This document shows positions 38,801 to 52,390 of a stretch of 64,000 nucleotides of DNA, piece by piece. The DNA comes from Podarcis pityusensis. Taxonomy: Eukaryota. The stretch lies in assembly GCA_964106645.2 (NCBI GenBank), contig OZ067038.1; one strand, written 5' to 3'. The position numbers were made by a program, and so were the translations under genes. Numbering within the stretch: the stretch's first letter is position 1; every line of letters begins with the position of its first letter. The notes under the pieces are model-generated. The model was not told the origin of the DNA and did not search any database. It was given only the letters and a program-made list of their open reading frames with translations.

Positions 38801-39211
38801 TAAGAGACTACCGGGCGATTCCTCTCTGGGATGTGTGTGGATCTCTCTCTCTCTCTCTCTGTGTCCCCCTCCCTCTCTCCCTCCTTCTTCATCTTCTTCC
38901 AAACTCCTTCTTTCCTTCCTTCTTGTGCCAATTTGCCTTGATGCTGATTACCACTAATGTGTGGGGCTGCGCTTTTATGGGTCTTGCTTTCTATTTATTT
39001 TATTTTTTTTAGGGGAAAGAGAGGAGGCTGCAGCAAAGAAAGGCTGGGATTTAAAATCAGGACTTTCTCCTCGGTCCCCTCTTTTTTTTTCAGGCCTCCG
39101 CTTCCAAAGTTTTTGGTGTCTTTTTTGCAGCAAATGGGAAAAGAGTCACAGAGAATTGCCCAGCCTAGCTGGGAGGGTTGAGACATTCTTCTGCAAACGC
39201 CACTCAGGAAG

Positions 39212-39248
<37 letters not shown>

Positions 39249-39645
39249 CACCCCCTCCCTTTCTTCTTTCCTTTGCTGATCCAGATTTTCCCCCACCCGG
39301 GCATTGCCCCCCTCCCATTTTTTATTTGTTTCTCTATCCCACATTGCAGCCCGCATCGATAACCCAGGCCACTTCAGTTTGCTGAAGGAAAGAGATCCGG
39401 TGGGTTGGACAAATCTTTTACCTCCAGCTACAATAGTTCAGGCCTAAGGCGAGCTGCAGCCCCCTCCACGCTTGCTGGAAATATCCTTTTTATTTCAATG
39501 TAATCGGAGCCGAATAACTATGATGGAAAGCTGGGGTGAAAAAACCAACCACACGGGGACATTCTAATAGGATTCCCCTTAAAAGGTAGGTAGGAAACTT
39601 GAGAATTCTCATAGCTGGGATGCTGCTACAGATAGAGGTGTAGGG

Positions 39646-39646
<1 letters not shown>

Positions 39647-39689
<43 letters not shown>
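39647..39689. repeat. (TG)n microsatellite
   Basis: Seen directly. Confidence 0.95.
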
Positions 39690-39691
<2 letters not shown>

Positions 39692-41566
39692 TGTTTGGAC
39701 GATTTTAGTTCTGTGTTTAAATTTATTATCCTTTCGTTTTGCCCTACTGTTATTTTTGAAGTGTCTCCCATACATTGGAACCCTACTAATTTCTGCAAAG
39801 TCCCCGCTATCAATGGCTAAATCTTACACGGCAGTCCTGCTCCATTCAACTCCATGGGAACTTTGCTGTTGACTTCAGCGGGCGCGGGCTTTTTCAAAGT
39901 GCGCCAAAGGAGATCTTTGCAGAGAGATCAAAATGGGAAGAAAACATAGATTACCAAGCCAATGTCTCGCTTGCCTCGCGGGTTTCACCGCATAGAGTTG
40001 CCGCTGCGGGATAGTTTAGCAAAGTGTCTTGAAAAGACCCCGCTCCTTCAAGCTAGTCCTCTGCAAAGCTTTTTCTTTTCTTTTCTTCCTGTTGTCTGAA
40101 AAATCTCTCCCTCTTAAAAAAAAAAAATCGCAAAGAGAATAAGAATAATAACAAAAATAATCCCCGAGATCCTGGGGATTTTTGTTTTGTTTAATGTGAC
40201 TTCTAGTCTTCTGGAAATCAGACGAATCCTTTCTCTTTTTTTTGTCCAACAAACATTTTTTTTAATACTTTCCTCAAGTGGAAAGGCAAAAAAGGGCAAA
40301 ACAACAGGGTAGAAAGTGGGGGAAATAAAAAGAACTCATGACGCTTGTTTTTAGGGGGGACGGACACGTCCAGATCTTCAGGCAAATTTCATTTTTACAA
40401 CCATTCAATTAGCCTTCGTTTGGATTAGCAGCTCCTTATATGCTGCTCCTTCAGAATAAAGAAGCCGTAATCTTGTTGCTATTTCCCCCAGGGCACAGTG
40501 GGCCTTGCGCCCCTTCCCTCTCCACCCCCTCCCGCTAGTTTTGTTTTGTTTGTTTTTTAACTGAGGGGGGAAGGAAATAATAAGGGGAGGGAAACGGTGA
40601 ATAATCTGACGTCATTGCAGAGATGGGAATGGAAGGAGAGAGGAAGCAAGTCTGGGAAGAAAGGAAGAAGGGGGGAGGAGAGAGAAAAAAGTGCCACAAA
40701 AGGTGAAGAAGAAAAAGATTGGGTGCCTCGCTTTGCTGCTGATTTATCAGGACGTTGGAGACGGGAGGCCGAGGGCAGGCGAGGGAGCCTCCGAAGCAAG
40801 GAAAGCAAAAGTTGAAAGGGAAGGAGGGGCCGAGGAGAGGGAGGAGGGAGGGAGGAGGAAGACAGGAGCGGAGCGGAGGGCCTGCATGACAATGTGCATG
40901 TGTGAAAGAGAAAGAGGAGAGGAAGAGGACAAGGCGTGTAGAATGGGGGGTGTGAGAAAGGAAAGTGGGATTTCTGCGAAGACGTGGAGAGGCGAGAAAA
41001 GGGGAGGAGGGACAGAGCCGGGCGAAGTGAGAGTGTGTGAGTGTGTGTGTGTTTTAAAGAGCGAGGGAGAAAAGTGTAAAAATTGTGCGAGGGGAAAAAA
41101 CACAACTTGGGATGAGTCCTGGAGTAGAGTAAAGGAGGCGGGGCAGAGGGGGGGAAATGGGGCCAGGCGCGCTTGCTTAGGAGTAAGCGCCGTGGAAGGA
41201 AGAAGCCCGCTTCGGATCCGGCTGGGAGAACTGAGATGGAAGAAGACGCGCGCGTGGGAGATCCGGGCGAGGGGAGCAGGTTCTCACGTGCAGCGAGAGC
41301 GCACGTCGGCCAGGGAGGGACGCCCTTCGCCCTTCGCCTTCGTCTGGGGGGGAGCGCTGCCAGCGACAACGCCGGGAGCCTTTGAAATAGTACCTGCTCT
41401 CCAACGACCAGGGGGGGAAAAAGTCCTTGCCAAGTTGAGCCACAACTCGAAGGGCGCCATTTTAACTCTGGGTTGCTCTGTTTTGTTTTGTTTTTAAACA
41501 ACAACACAAGTTTTTTTTTTTTTTTAAGCACGTCCTGGATTCCCCCAGGTATATATAAGCAGGTGT

Positions 41567-41606
41567 AAACAAAACAAAACAAAACAAAACAAAACAAAAC
41601 AAAAAC
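41567..41606. repeat. (AAAAC)n repeat
   Basis: Seen directly. Confidence 0.9.
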
Positions 41607-42688
41607 AGAATAAAACACGAGAAACCCCAAACTCCTCTGCCCTGTTACTTTTTTTTTTAGTCTTTTGTCAGCAGCTTTGAACTTGAGAATTAACTTGCTT
41701 AAAGAGGCAGGCACACGATGGAGCAAGGAGGGATGAGGCCGTGGAAGTGGTCGCGAGTGGGGTGGCAAACTCAAGCGTCCTTCTTGCGGGGTAAGGGATG
41801 ATTACCCCCACCAGTTTTGCTTGTGAAGTGGAAATGAGGAATGAGCGCGCCAGGGTAGATTGGCTGCGGGGGAAAGAAATGGCCCTTTCCTCCAGGGATT
41901 TCTCTTGACCACAGGAGGGAAAATAAGCGCTGAACGGATAATCAAATGCATTTGATGCTCACTAGGTTGGCACCTTAGCACCTTGCCCACCAGACCTGGA
42001 GGGACCGCCGCAACCAGAGGACTTGAGAAGCAAGGGTCCGGATCCCAAGCGGATTTCTAAGTAGACACGTGCACTCCACGTAGATTCGGAAATGTCATCG
42101 TGGATGGATGGGGCGGGGGGAAGCTTATTTACTCCCCAAAGACGCGCACCTAGGATGGCAGCTTGCGCCTTTTCTAATTTGGCAAGAACGAACACCAGAC
42201 GGGCAGCAACAGCAACGAAGAGTCTTGTGGCACCTGAAAGCCAAACAGATTTATTGTGGCATAAGCTCTGTGTGGAGGGGAGCCAACGGAGTCTGATGCA
42301 CGACGTGTTTGTCTGTAAACTGAGTGCTAACTGAGGATAACACTTCCTGCCTCTGAGGAAGAGGGATCTGCACCACCAAAGCTTATGCCGCGGTCCGTCT
42401 GTTAGGCTTTATTTCGAAGGTGCCACTTCCTGTTTTTACGACAACAGAGTCTGGCTCATTCTTCTGAGCGTCTGGTGGATTCAGAGTGGATTGATCAGAA
42501 ATGTCTTGAGCAGTTACGAATACTCCTGCGGTGGGAAATAACTCTAGGGATTCCGGTTTATATCTTTTTTTTCCTTTTTTTTGGAGGGGACGGAATGGGG
42601 AGAATATGATTAATTCTCCCTCGCCTTATGTACCAGTGTCAGGTGCATCAGTCACTCTGCCTTTGGATTAAACTTATCTTTGCCTTGA

Positions 42689-42690
<2 letters not shown>

Positions 42691-42720
<30 letters not shown>
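42691..42720. repeat. (TG)n microsatellite
   Basis: Seen directly. Confidence 0.95.
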
Positions 42721-42722
<2 letters not shown>

Positions 42723-44409
42723 GGGCACAGGTGTTCAGTAAGTGGATTCAAAATCACTCGGAAAGTTAATATTAAGATGAGAGAATTACAACTGAAAAAT
42801 TATAATCCTTTGCAATTTAACCCCCCCCAAAAAAACCCTTACACCCCCTTAAAAGAAACTGCAAACATCTTTCCCACTTTCTCGCAGAAAGCAAACATAT
42901 CAAGGAAATGTGACTAAATTAGATTCATTCTCCCGATACTGCCATTGATTGCAGAAGTAGGTATTTATTTGTCAGGGACAAATAATAATAAAAAAATTCT
43001 CCCCTTCTCCGCTTCCTTAGGAACAGGAGTCGCTCAGTTCAGTGCTCCTGGATCGTCTTGTTGTATTAATATCTGGCTCGCGAACCTCCTTTTTTTAATA
43101 CCCAGAAAAATGCTTAAAGTCCTCTTGTCCACTTCAGTCTCCCACTGAAGAGATACACAAACCCTGACGTGTTAGACTACAATGCGTTTGCCTCCCGGAC
43201 ACCGAATGCCGAGTCGGATATGGAGAAAGAGCGCTTGAAACCTCTAATGCGCCGGACATTGAGTTAAATAGAGCTTTGGCGAGTTTAGGAGCAATCTGCA
43301 AAAAGTTTGGAATCGATTTAACCTCTTTTACGTCGGGCGTTTTGCAAGAAGGCGCAACCTTTTGTGTGGAAGGATTAAAAAAAAAATAAAGGCGAAGGGG
43401 AGGGGACAAGAAAAGGACTCAATTTATGGACTCTGAAAGAAAAGACAACATCCATGTTTCCCCCCCTCCTTCATTCAGGAAAGGTTTGATATTTATCTCG
43501 TTCTGGTAGATTTTTCGAAGGGACTTGCTGGAAAAGTCTCCCCCCCTCAAAAAAAAAAAAAAAAGTGGAAAGGGAGCGGGGACTCGCCAGCAAAGCGCAT
43601 CCTGACGGGCTTTTTAAACACTATTGATTGGGACAAGCTGTTCCAAACCCCAGTAACACTTAATCTGCCTGTTAATCAAGGCGCTAAGGAGCTCAATGCG
43701 AGTTTTATTAGCGACTAGAGAACACAGCGGCAGAAAGGATCAAAAGACTCGCCCCCTTGATATTTGTCAAGCCAGACTCCCCCCCAAAAAATATATTTTC
43801 AATTACAGAGCAATTCTTAGCTTATCATCGCCGCCTAACAGAAACACGCAGATGGTTTCACAAACGCTGCCAGAGAAACAACTGCAGCAAAGGCAGCCAG
43901 CGAGACCCTCAGAACTGCAGCCTCCGAAAACCCCACGCCGGTCCCGACCCGGCACTGCGCGCCTAGAAAGGAGCACTGGCTCACCTCAAAGCGAAACCAG
44001 TGTCATTATTTCTCTCTATCTCCCCCGCTGCCTTTCTATTTACCACCGGAATTCGAGAGAGAGAGAGAGTGGAAGGCAACACCTGAAAAGCCTATGCCAA
44101 TTTAGACTATCCTTCCTTCCTCACTTTTCTCTTTTTCCCCCTCCTGTGCCTGTTTGCGAACGAAGAACTTTAGAGTGGGTTTGCAGTCAAAACGGACGGA
44201 AAGAATTTCCTCAACACCACCTCACTCAGATTTTTTTTTAATTAAAAAGATTTTTTTTTTAATTATCCTGAAGGGAAAAAGTTGAATGTGTGGGTTGGTT
44301 CTTCTTTTTTTTTAATGGACTGGCCCGACGCTCAAGTCCGTCCCTCCCCTCGAGGTGAGTTTCAATTAAGGTAAAGGTGGAGAAATATTATCCCGTCTGC
44401 GAAAATCAA

Positions 44410-44640
44410 CATTTTGATCTTGTCATTTTTAATGCGAACCGATGGTGCTGGATGTCAACGAGATATGCGTATAAAAGACTATGTGGTCAGAGGTAATTAT
44501 GTCACAGCTTTTTCTCGTCGTGACAGCTGGATAAACACAATCTCCAATAAACATCTCTAATTAGGGAGGAGGACCTGCGAGGCTGGGTGTCTGATTTATT
44601 ACTCACCCAGAATGTCCATTTACCGGTGGAGATTAAAGTG
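44410..44640. promoter_or_regulatory. Candidate conserved enhancer between P0 and P1
   Basis: Cluster of TGTCA/TGACAG, TAATTA and Fox-like ATAAACA motifs in otherwise low-complexity surroundings. Confidence 0.55.
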
Positions 44641-46928
44641 GACTCCCCCCCCTTTTTTTTGGTGCCAAAGCACCTTAAGGGATTTGGTGTAGGAGCTGAG
44701 GGGCTGGGAAGGCGAAGTCTTACAGCTTGATCCAGGAGAGTGAATGGAAAAGAGAGAGAAAGAGAGAGGGAGGGAGGGAGGGGAGAGCCATTATCCTACT
44801 AATCCCTTTTTTCTAATTAAGTACAAAGAAGGAGCAGGAGAAGGAAGAATCTAAAACACAATTTACCTGCCTTGGGCTGCAATCCTAAGCGCCCTCCTAT
44901 TTCCAGCTGCTTGAATTTACTCCCAAGCAACCGTGCGCGCAGGATACCGAGTTTTACTTCTCAGAAAGTGCGGTGCGGACTTCTCCCGGCGCAACTCAAG
45001 CTCTGTTTACTCACGAGTAAGTCCAATCGGTTGAAACAGAACTTTTCCCTACAAATAATGGGTGCCTAAGATTGGAGTTTCGATTGTGCGGCTGAAGTTG
45101 CGTTTCTGAACTTAAATGCACCGTACAATTCCCCTTGCTTTCTCTTCCACTAACAAACCAACCATCCAGAGTTAAGCAAAAACAAAAACACAACGAGAGG
45201 CTCCACCAGGCACCAACCAGGGTATTTCCGCACACCTTTTCAGACGTTCGAGCAACCTAATGGAAAAGAAAACCATCACCACGCCGCAACCTCAAAGGAA
45301 GTTAAACGCGCGGATCCAGGAAGCAGTTCCCAAAGCAGAAAGTTTTAGAGACAGTTAACCTGACGGCAACAGATGACAGGCGCAACAGAAAAACAGAATC
45401 TCTTCTCTCTCCACCCCTTATAATACACCGACTGCATTTTATGCAGACCAGGAATACTCAGCAGTATACTTTTACATACAGCCTAGCATTAAACACATCA
45501 CCTGGAAACAAATCCTATGGATTTCTAAGGGACTGCCTTGAAAACACCGACGTTTCCGGCTAAGGCCCCAAAGCTCCTTTACTCTGGAGTAAGTCTTACT
45601 GGGCCGATTTACCTGTGCTTAGAAAGGAACGTCAGTTTTAACTTCAACGGAAGACGTATCGATTTCGGCTGAAGTGGTTTGTGGATCGGGCGCGAAAAAG
45701 CGCGCTTCGCAGGTTGCCTTAGTAAAGGATTCTTTACCCCCTCCCGCTCACTCTTCCCTTGGTACAGCTTCGGTCTGCGAACAATGATCTAGCCGAGACA
45801 TTACCTTGCTGGAAACGTGGGGACGCCCCAGAGTTGGTGGGTGCCCCAACGGAAAGCCCCTCCCGGCTCGCCTAAGCGCAGACGTCGCCGCGAGCAGAGC
45901 CATCCAGGACGGGGAGAGAGGGGTGTGGATTTGCGCCGGTTCACAAACAGACCCCGGTTGGCAAGTGGTTACCAGGCACGTGAGTGAACTGACCGGAGAG
46001 TGGAGCAGGACTCGAGGTCAGACTGGGGGAAGGGAAAAACAAAAAACCAGCCCCAAACTCCGCAAAACCCCGAAAGATCCACCGGACCCGAGGATTTGTC
46101 TGCGCCAAACGCCCCCGACGTCTCTGCGCTGCAGAGTCCCTTCTGAAGTGCCCAGAAGCTCAAGGCGAGCCGGGCGTGCGTAATCCGAAGCCCCTTTTCG
46201 TTCTACCTCAGTGGAAATCGTTAATTATTAGGTCTTCCCAAGGAAAGCTCAAATCACACGGTCTGGGGATTGAAAATGCTACCCAAGTATGCGAGCCGCA
46301 TTCTTTCGTTCCCTTGCCTGAACTTCGGGAGCGCCCTGGCGAGGGCTGGAGGCCGTGGGCGAGGTCAAGGACCAACTTCTTCCTCCTCTCTCAACCCCCC
46401 CCCCCCGCGCACCCACCCCATGCCTCTCCCCACACATCCCCAAACCGGTGGCAGCGAGCACATGAGCCGGTGTTTCCATACAAGGCGCCTCGGTTGCCCA
46501 AGCGGGGAGAGATCAGGGCTGCTCCAAGCCTCGCGTCTGCCTAGCCACGCCAAAGCCCAACTCTCTGCACCGCGCCCTCTTTCTCCCTCCCACCTGTTGG
46601 CACTGCGCTTTCTGTGCGCGCCCCCTCGAACCTGGCAGTTGGTCACGAGCCAGCGTGACCCCCCTTTTATGCCGCTTGTAATTAACACTCCGCACAAGGC
46701 TGAGAGAGATGGGAGGGGGGCGGAAATAAGAATTTAAAAAAATATATAAATAAATCCTGGGCTTGGTAATGGAAACGAGGAGGTCAGAGGGAGAGAAAGA
46801 ACGGGAAAGAAAGGAAGGAAGAAATCTAGACGAGGCAGAGAAGGGGAGAAACAAACGCAGCGGCAATTGTTTCAGGAGGAATCCGGCAACTCCCCCCGAC
46901 GCCTGGATAAAGAGCATCAAATGTTTAC

Positions 46929-47074
46929 CTGTTAGAGAGAGGGCAGGCAGAGGCTCATGATCCGCGGGTTCCCAATTGCGCCTCTGAGAGTCGGTAACTG
47001 GCAGGTTTGATCGCCAATTTCTACATAAGAATCTGCCACACAGTTTAAATGTCAACGACAATAAAAAAGAGGGT
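46929..47074 (-). other. PAX6: PAX6 non-coding exon 0 (P0 transcript)
   Basis: ACCCTCTTTTTTATTGTCGTTGACATTTAAACT... resembles mammalian exon 0; ends AACAG|GTAAAC. Confidence 0.85.
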
Positions 47075-47160
47075 GCCTGGCTTTGCACTAACTTTCCCTT
47101 AATATCAGCGCCAGCGCCTCTCCCATTGGCTGGGCTGCCCCGGTGACGTCACGGCGGACA
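47075..47160 (-). promoter_or_regulatory. PAX6 P0 promoter
   Basis: ATATTAA TATA-like box 47105-47099 (about -28), CCAAT 47129-47125, perfect CRE TGACGTCA 47144-47151. Confidence 0.9.
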
Positions 47161-47475
47161 GTAGTTAGAGCTGAGCTCATAAGAAATTTTAGACAACAAG
47201 AAGCTCACCGGGGCCGGGAGATAATTCACCTTCCCGTGACCATTGGAGGGACTGAGAGGCGAGGCGCACGTGGACGTGGGCCAGCCATGCTGGCTTGTTC
47301 GCTCCTGCCTGCCTGCCTGCCTGCCTACCTCTATCCATCCATCCAAAAAAGAAAAAGAAATATGTTTCATTATAGTCAGATCCCACTACCAAACAAGGTC
47401 CTCCTGGCTGATCCATAGAAGCGACTCTACCATAATATGTGGTCTGTGGAGTGTTGTCCAGAGGACGGCCCTTGC

Positions 47476-47526
<51 letters not shown>
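47476..47526. repeat. (AAT)n microsatellite
   Basis: Seen directly, about 17 units. Confidence 0.95.
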
Positions 47527-47527
<1 letters not shown>

Positions 47528-50203
47528 CTTTAAAAAAACATCACAGCGATGATTTGTGATTCTGAGTGTTCTTTTGCCTTTGTCTTCCTCTTGGATCCTC
47601 ATACTACGACTGCCCTTCCCTTCCCCCCGGTCTTTCACCCGCACAAAAGGAAGATCTTTTCTCCTTTTTCTTTCCTTCTGTGTATACAGGAAAATCCGCA
47701 GGTTTAATTATGACGCAGCATCTTCGGCACGGCGGACGCAGAGATGTCCCTGGACTTTTGTGTGTGTGTGAAGTTCTGGAGAAGAGCTACCAGGTGCAGC
47801 AGAGCCGCCGACTCTCAGTGACCGTCCAAAGTCGAAGCCTGGGTCTTTCTACCTGAGGCTCCAGATCACACACACAAAACCCCCACTCTGCCCACGGCTC
47901 AGTTATCAATAAAATCAACCTTTATCACTTGGTTCCTAGGTTTCTGTTTATGGAAGGGCTCCAGTCAGGGGGAAAATCCAATTTGTACTTTTGGATGGCT
48001 ACTGGGTTGTAGCACTGGCGAAGACGAGGCTTATACTGTATATTCGCACCCAAGCAACCGATGCTGCCTTCAGAGGGGTCTGGATCTAAATTTTATTTTA
48101 TTTTATAACTGTGTAAAGCTGTCCAGTTATTAAAAGTCGATCATTAAAATAAATTGGAAGAGAAATTCAAACTGCGCAAGGACTTTCACTTCGAATCACT
48201 GAACACCTCAAACACCGAGGTGTGAGAGGTGAGTTGATATTTTGTGGAGGTTTTCTTCCAACCGCGATTCAAAAGAGGACCAGCGGATCCTTTCTATCTC
48301 TCTCTTCTCCCCTCCCCACCTTTCTCTAATCAATTTTTAAAACGAAGGGCGTTCGTTTTAAAGTTAAGCCCCAAGTTAAGTGCCGCTTATTTCAATGGAA
48401 GAATGGCGCCCTCGCTCATCTCTCCTTCCCACAGGAATGAATGGGACCTAGAAGACCATAGCGCTGCTTTTCATTTCAGAGGGGCTGACACAACCTTTAC
48501 GCAGAGACCAGGCCGCATCGCACTTTTTTGGCCCAGAGGGTGGTGTTAGAATAATCATCAACATCTTGCTTTAAGGCCCCTTTCTTACAACGACACCGAA
48601 CATGTCCCCTTTTCCTTAAAGTTCTGGAGAAAACGAAGTTTTCTCTAGGCAGCTAATAGTGTTCCCTCGCCCAGCAATGTTTTCTGAAGGGCAGGGAAGC
48701 TACCCCCTGCTCACACTTTTGAGGACACAATCCACTGGATAGTTCTCCTGAGTAAACAAATGGGGTTGGGAAGGTGAGTTATGTTCCGAAGAAACCCACG
48801 AGATTTAAGTGATGGGGAAAACGGTGGAGATCTTCTTTCCTTTGAAACCGGGGCAGAATTCTCTCTGCAGGCAACATCAAGCAGGTAACGTGGTCTGGGA
48901 TTGCGGGGGGAGGATCAGAATAGTTTTAGTCGCATAGTAACACCCCCCCCCACACACACACTTGTGGATTTCCCCTCGACGCATTCATCCTGTCCCCTTA
49001 AAGGCAAAAACACCAGGACGGGTGGGGTAGGGGAACACACTTGTCGGAGTGAATACTTTTGTTTGTCAGGAAAGAAGCGCGCACGCCCGAAAGTCGCTGT
49101 AGCTTTGATTGAACCGCGCGTCGGTCTCTCGGGAGCTGGCAAAGGTTTCTCTGGGCTTTGTTTGCGGCGGATCCCTGAAAAGGGAGGCGTGGGGAATAAG
49201 TCGTCCTTGATGCACCCACACATCTAGAAATACCCGTCGGGGAGACCGCCCACCGCCGAGAAAGGATAGCTTCTCTTTCTACATGGTTTTCAGTAGCTGC
49301 GTTGCTCCCCACTTCTCCTTCTTAGGGACCGTCTCCCTGTTGGTACACTTACGGCTGCGATCCCCAGCACACTTACCCAGGAACAAGTCCCGCTAAAACC
49401 CATTTAACTTCTGAATGAATAAATGGAGGATCGGGATGCAAACCAGATCTTGATCTAACAGGCGAGGCGAGGGAGGGCTGTCTACCACCCGCATCCCCCA
49501 GCTTCGTTGAGCTCCCTGGTGCGTATACATATATGCATACGTGTGAGTGTGTGTGCATGTATGTGCGCGCGCACCACCCACCCACCCCTGACCTAGAACT
49601 TATGCCTGACGCTCTAAACTGCTTCAGAGCTTTGTGACACTCCTTTGGGGTTTTCTGTTAGGGATTAGTCGGGTTCCTTATAAGGAAGTCTATCCCCCAA
49701 TGTTACGTAAAGATTTCCAGAGCAGAAAAAGGAATGAAGAAAGGACAGGCAGCCGATCCAGCCAAAGCACCAGCAATCTGTTCCGAATGCAATGCGCTTC
49801 AGAATCGGATCGCAGCTGCAGGGGGATTTCGAATTGGCCAGCGGCGAACCCTTAGGCCTTCCTGCCTGCGCCCTGTGATGCCCAATGCACCTTTTCACTC
49901 GTGGTCTTTGGGCTGCGGGGGGTGGTGGAAGGTGCCATCCTAAGAATCTTTGTTTGGGGGCCAATCCTGCCGAGCTGGTGAGGGTTTCTGTCCTAGTATA
50001 AAGGCCGGCGTGGAAGCTGGGCTCAGTGGTACAGGCAGCCCATGGGCCGCCAGGATCAATCCCTCGCATCCCGGGTTGATCACATATTTCTGGGACCCTT
50101 GAACATATCGATCATGTTGGGACCGGAAGGAAGTTCGCGTGTGGGTTGGGCGAAAGTTCATTTGATGAATGCGCTTCGATTTAGGACCGGTGTAGGTGCA
50201 CGC

Positions 50204-50255
50204 TCATAGAATTATACAGTTGGAAATGACCCCAAGGGTCATCTAGTCCAAACCA
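50204..50255 (-). mobile_element. CR1 extreme 3' end fragment
   Basis: TCATAGAAT...GTTGGAAATGACCCCAAGGGTCATCTAGTCCAA is the reverse complement of the CR1 tail. Confidence 0.75.
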
Positions 50256-51929
50256 GGCTGCAGCTTCAAGGCAAATGCGGCCGAATAGAAAGCCAACCAG
50301 TCAGGCGCACGGAAGGCCAGCCTGGTAGTGGCGCTTCTGTTTCGGGCTCAGGCTAAGAGGGCGATCCTATAGTTAGGACAAAGGCCCACGAAGCCCTTCT
50401 GGGGACTAAGGGGAACCGCCTGAACCTCTCCTCTCTCCCCAGTCTTCAAAAGGCGCCCGCGTGGAAACGCCTGCGGGTCTCAGTGGAGTTCAATTCGTCG
50501 AAGAGAGAGATGTTCCCGACTAGTCAGAGTGGAGACAGAGCGTCCTCTGGGCAGGCTACTCTGACCCGCTTGGCTTTGCGTGCTGGGGGGTGGGGAGGGG
50601 GTTAGGAGGAAGGGCCTGCATCTTCTTCCCTTCTCACCCCCCATGACCCGCTCGCTGCCTCTTATTCCTGCCTCCTCTTCTCTCTCTCCCCCCCCCCCCC
50701 CAGAAAGCCAAGGCTCTCCCCGACGGCCCTGCGGCAGGTCAGGTTGGCCTAGGAGGAGCAGCAGCGTCGCCGCCGCCTCCCTGTCTCTTGAGCCGACGCG
50801 GGCAGGCAGGCAGGCAGGGAGGGAGGGAGCCGTGGCCAAGGGCTTGTCAGGCGAGAAAGTGTGTTTGCCTGATTGTTTGGAGTTGCTGCCATTAAGGGAG
50901 CCGGGCTCCCTGCAACCCAGCAGGGTTCTCCAAGGAAGCGCTGGAAACGCCACGGCTCCCGCCTGCTTATCTGGCTGTCAATAAAAGGAGATGGCTCCGA
51001 AAAGCAGGGCCAGGTGCTGCCTTGCCTTCTCTCCAACCGGCGCGGCTCTTCAGAAACTGATCAGGCGTGAAGCCAAGTCTGCTTGGCCAGGCCTTCGGAG
51101 CGAGCAGACAAACAGTCCCCCGGCCAACGCCCGAGTGTTGCCCGGGTTGCCTTCCGAGCTCCGGGGGCGGCGAGTGTATGTGTGTGTGTATGAGAGAGAG
51201 AGAATTAAACATAAAAAGGCAGTCAGGACACACAAGCGCGCACACACACACCGGGTGATAAACGCCGCAGCGTGGCTTGATGATCCGGATCCGATCCGGA
51301 TTTGAAAAGGGAAACCAGTCGGTAGGCACGATCTGGATGCTGGGCTGGGGCGCGCGCGCGAAAAGCCCCCCCCCCCGATCTTTCGGACAGCGCAGCCACC
51401 TCCATCGGATCAGATGGCAGTTTAATTACACGCTTGCCTTTTCCTCGCTCTTTCCCCCCTCGAACAAATTTTCAGGCGAGCATAATCTCAGTCACTCCGC
51501 ATCTCTGCGGCGTGGAGTGACATGGCTTTGGGAGGAGACCCTCTGCCACCCCCCTCCCCTCCGTTCCCTCCAGGCTCCCGTTGGGTAGCCCCTTAAGCCC
51601 CTTCTAAATTAAAACAGGAGTAAACAAAGAGGTGCATCTGTGTCTAAGAGGTGTGTGTTTTTGAGAGAGAGAGAGAGATCTGAAATCCCCGTCATCATTT
51701 CCTAACTTATTCGGGAAAGAGAGAGAGGAAGAAATCCCACAAACTTCAAAGTGAGCATAAACATCACCTGAACTGGTAATGTTTGGGTCTGGAATACGTG
51801 TGTGTGTTTGTGGAGAGAGAGAGAGAGATCGCCCCTCTCTTCCCTCTTCGCAGGTCTTTCAACGTGCTGGAATCGTCCTCCGAGGAGCTAAAAAGCTGGC
51901 GCCGTGTAAACGCGGACGGGAACTTCCCT

Positions 51930-52390
51930 TTTCTCTCTCAGAGTAACATTAAGGGGAAATTAACATGCCGTCGAGGTAGATAAGGCGCTAATGAGGGCGC
52001 TGAGCTGGCAAGGAGCGGAGCCCTGCCTTCAATGGAGGCGTTTTGCCGCTCAGCCTTTCTGATGGGCAGGAGGCTCGAAAGCTGTGAAGCCACTTTGAAT
52101 GGGATGCAGGCAAGAGGCAACAATAATGTGTTACAAATTTATAAGCATTATACATATTTGATTTACACAGCGATAGGAAGCCTCTCTCTCTCTCTCTCTA
52201 CAAGGATGCCCCAAACCCCCGTGTGTTCGCTTAGATGGAGCAATTCGCAACCCACACACACAGACACACACACGGGCACACACACACGCGCTGTAATAAT
52301 GAGGTTTAATTCTCTACCCAAGCAGAACTTGAGCAATAATAATAAGCACATCAGAACAATTTGTTTACTGTGGCATCGCACAGACGGCAA
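51930..52390. promoter_or_regulatory. Candidate conserved element between P0 and EE
   Basis: TAAT-rich blocks, TGATTTAC (Pbx/Hox-like), TGTTTAC (Fox), ACAAT. Confidence 0.4.

Noticed and set aside
40557-41774. 405-aa minus-strand ORF and overlapping 268-aa plus-strand ORF
   Set aside because: Low-complexity P/L/S or G/E/R translation of a purine-skewed tract with microsatellites; no recognisable domain.
33241-44502. Identical 13-mer GAGGTAATTATGT at 33241 and 44490
   Set aside because: Tens of repeated 13-mers are expected by chance in 64 kb.
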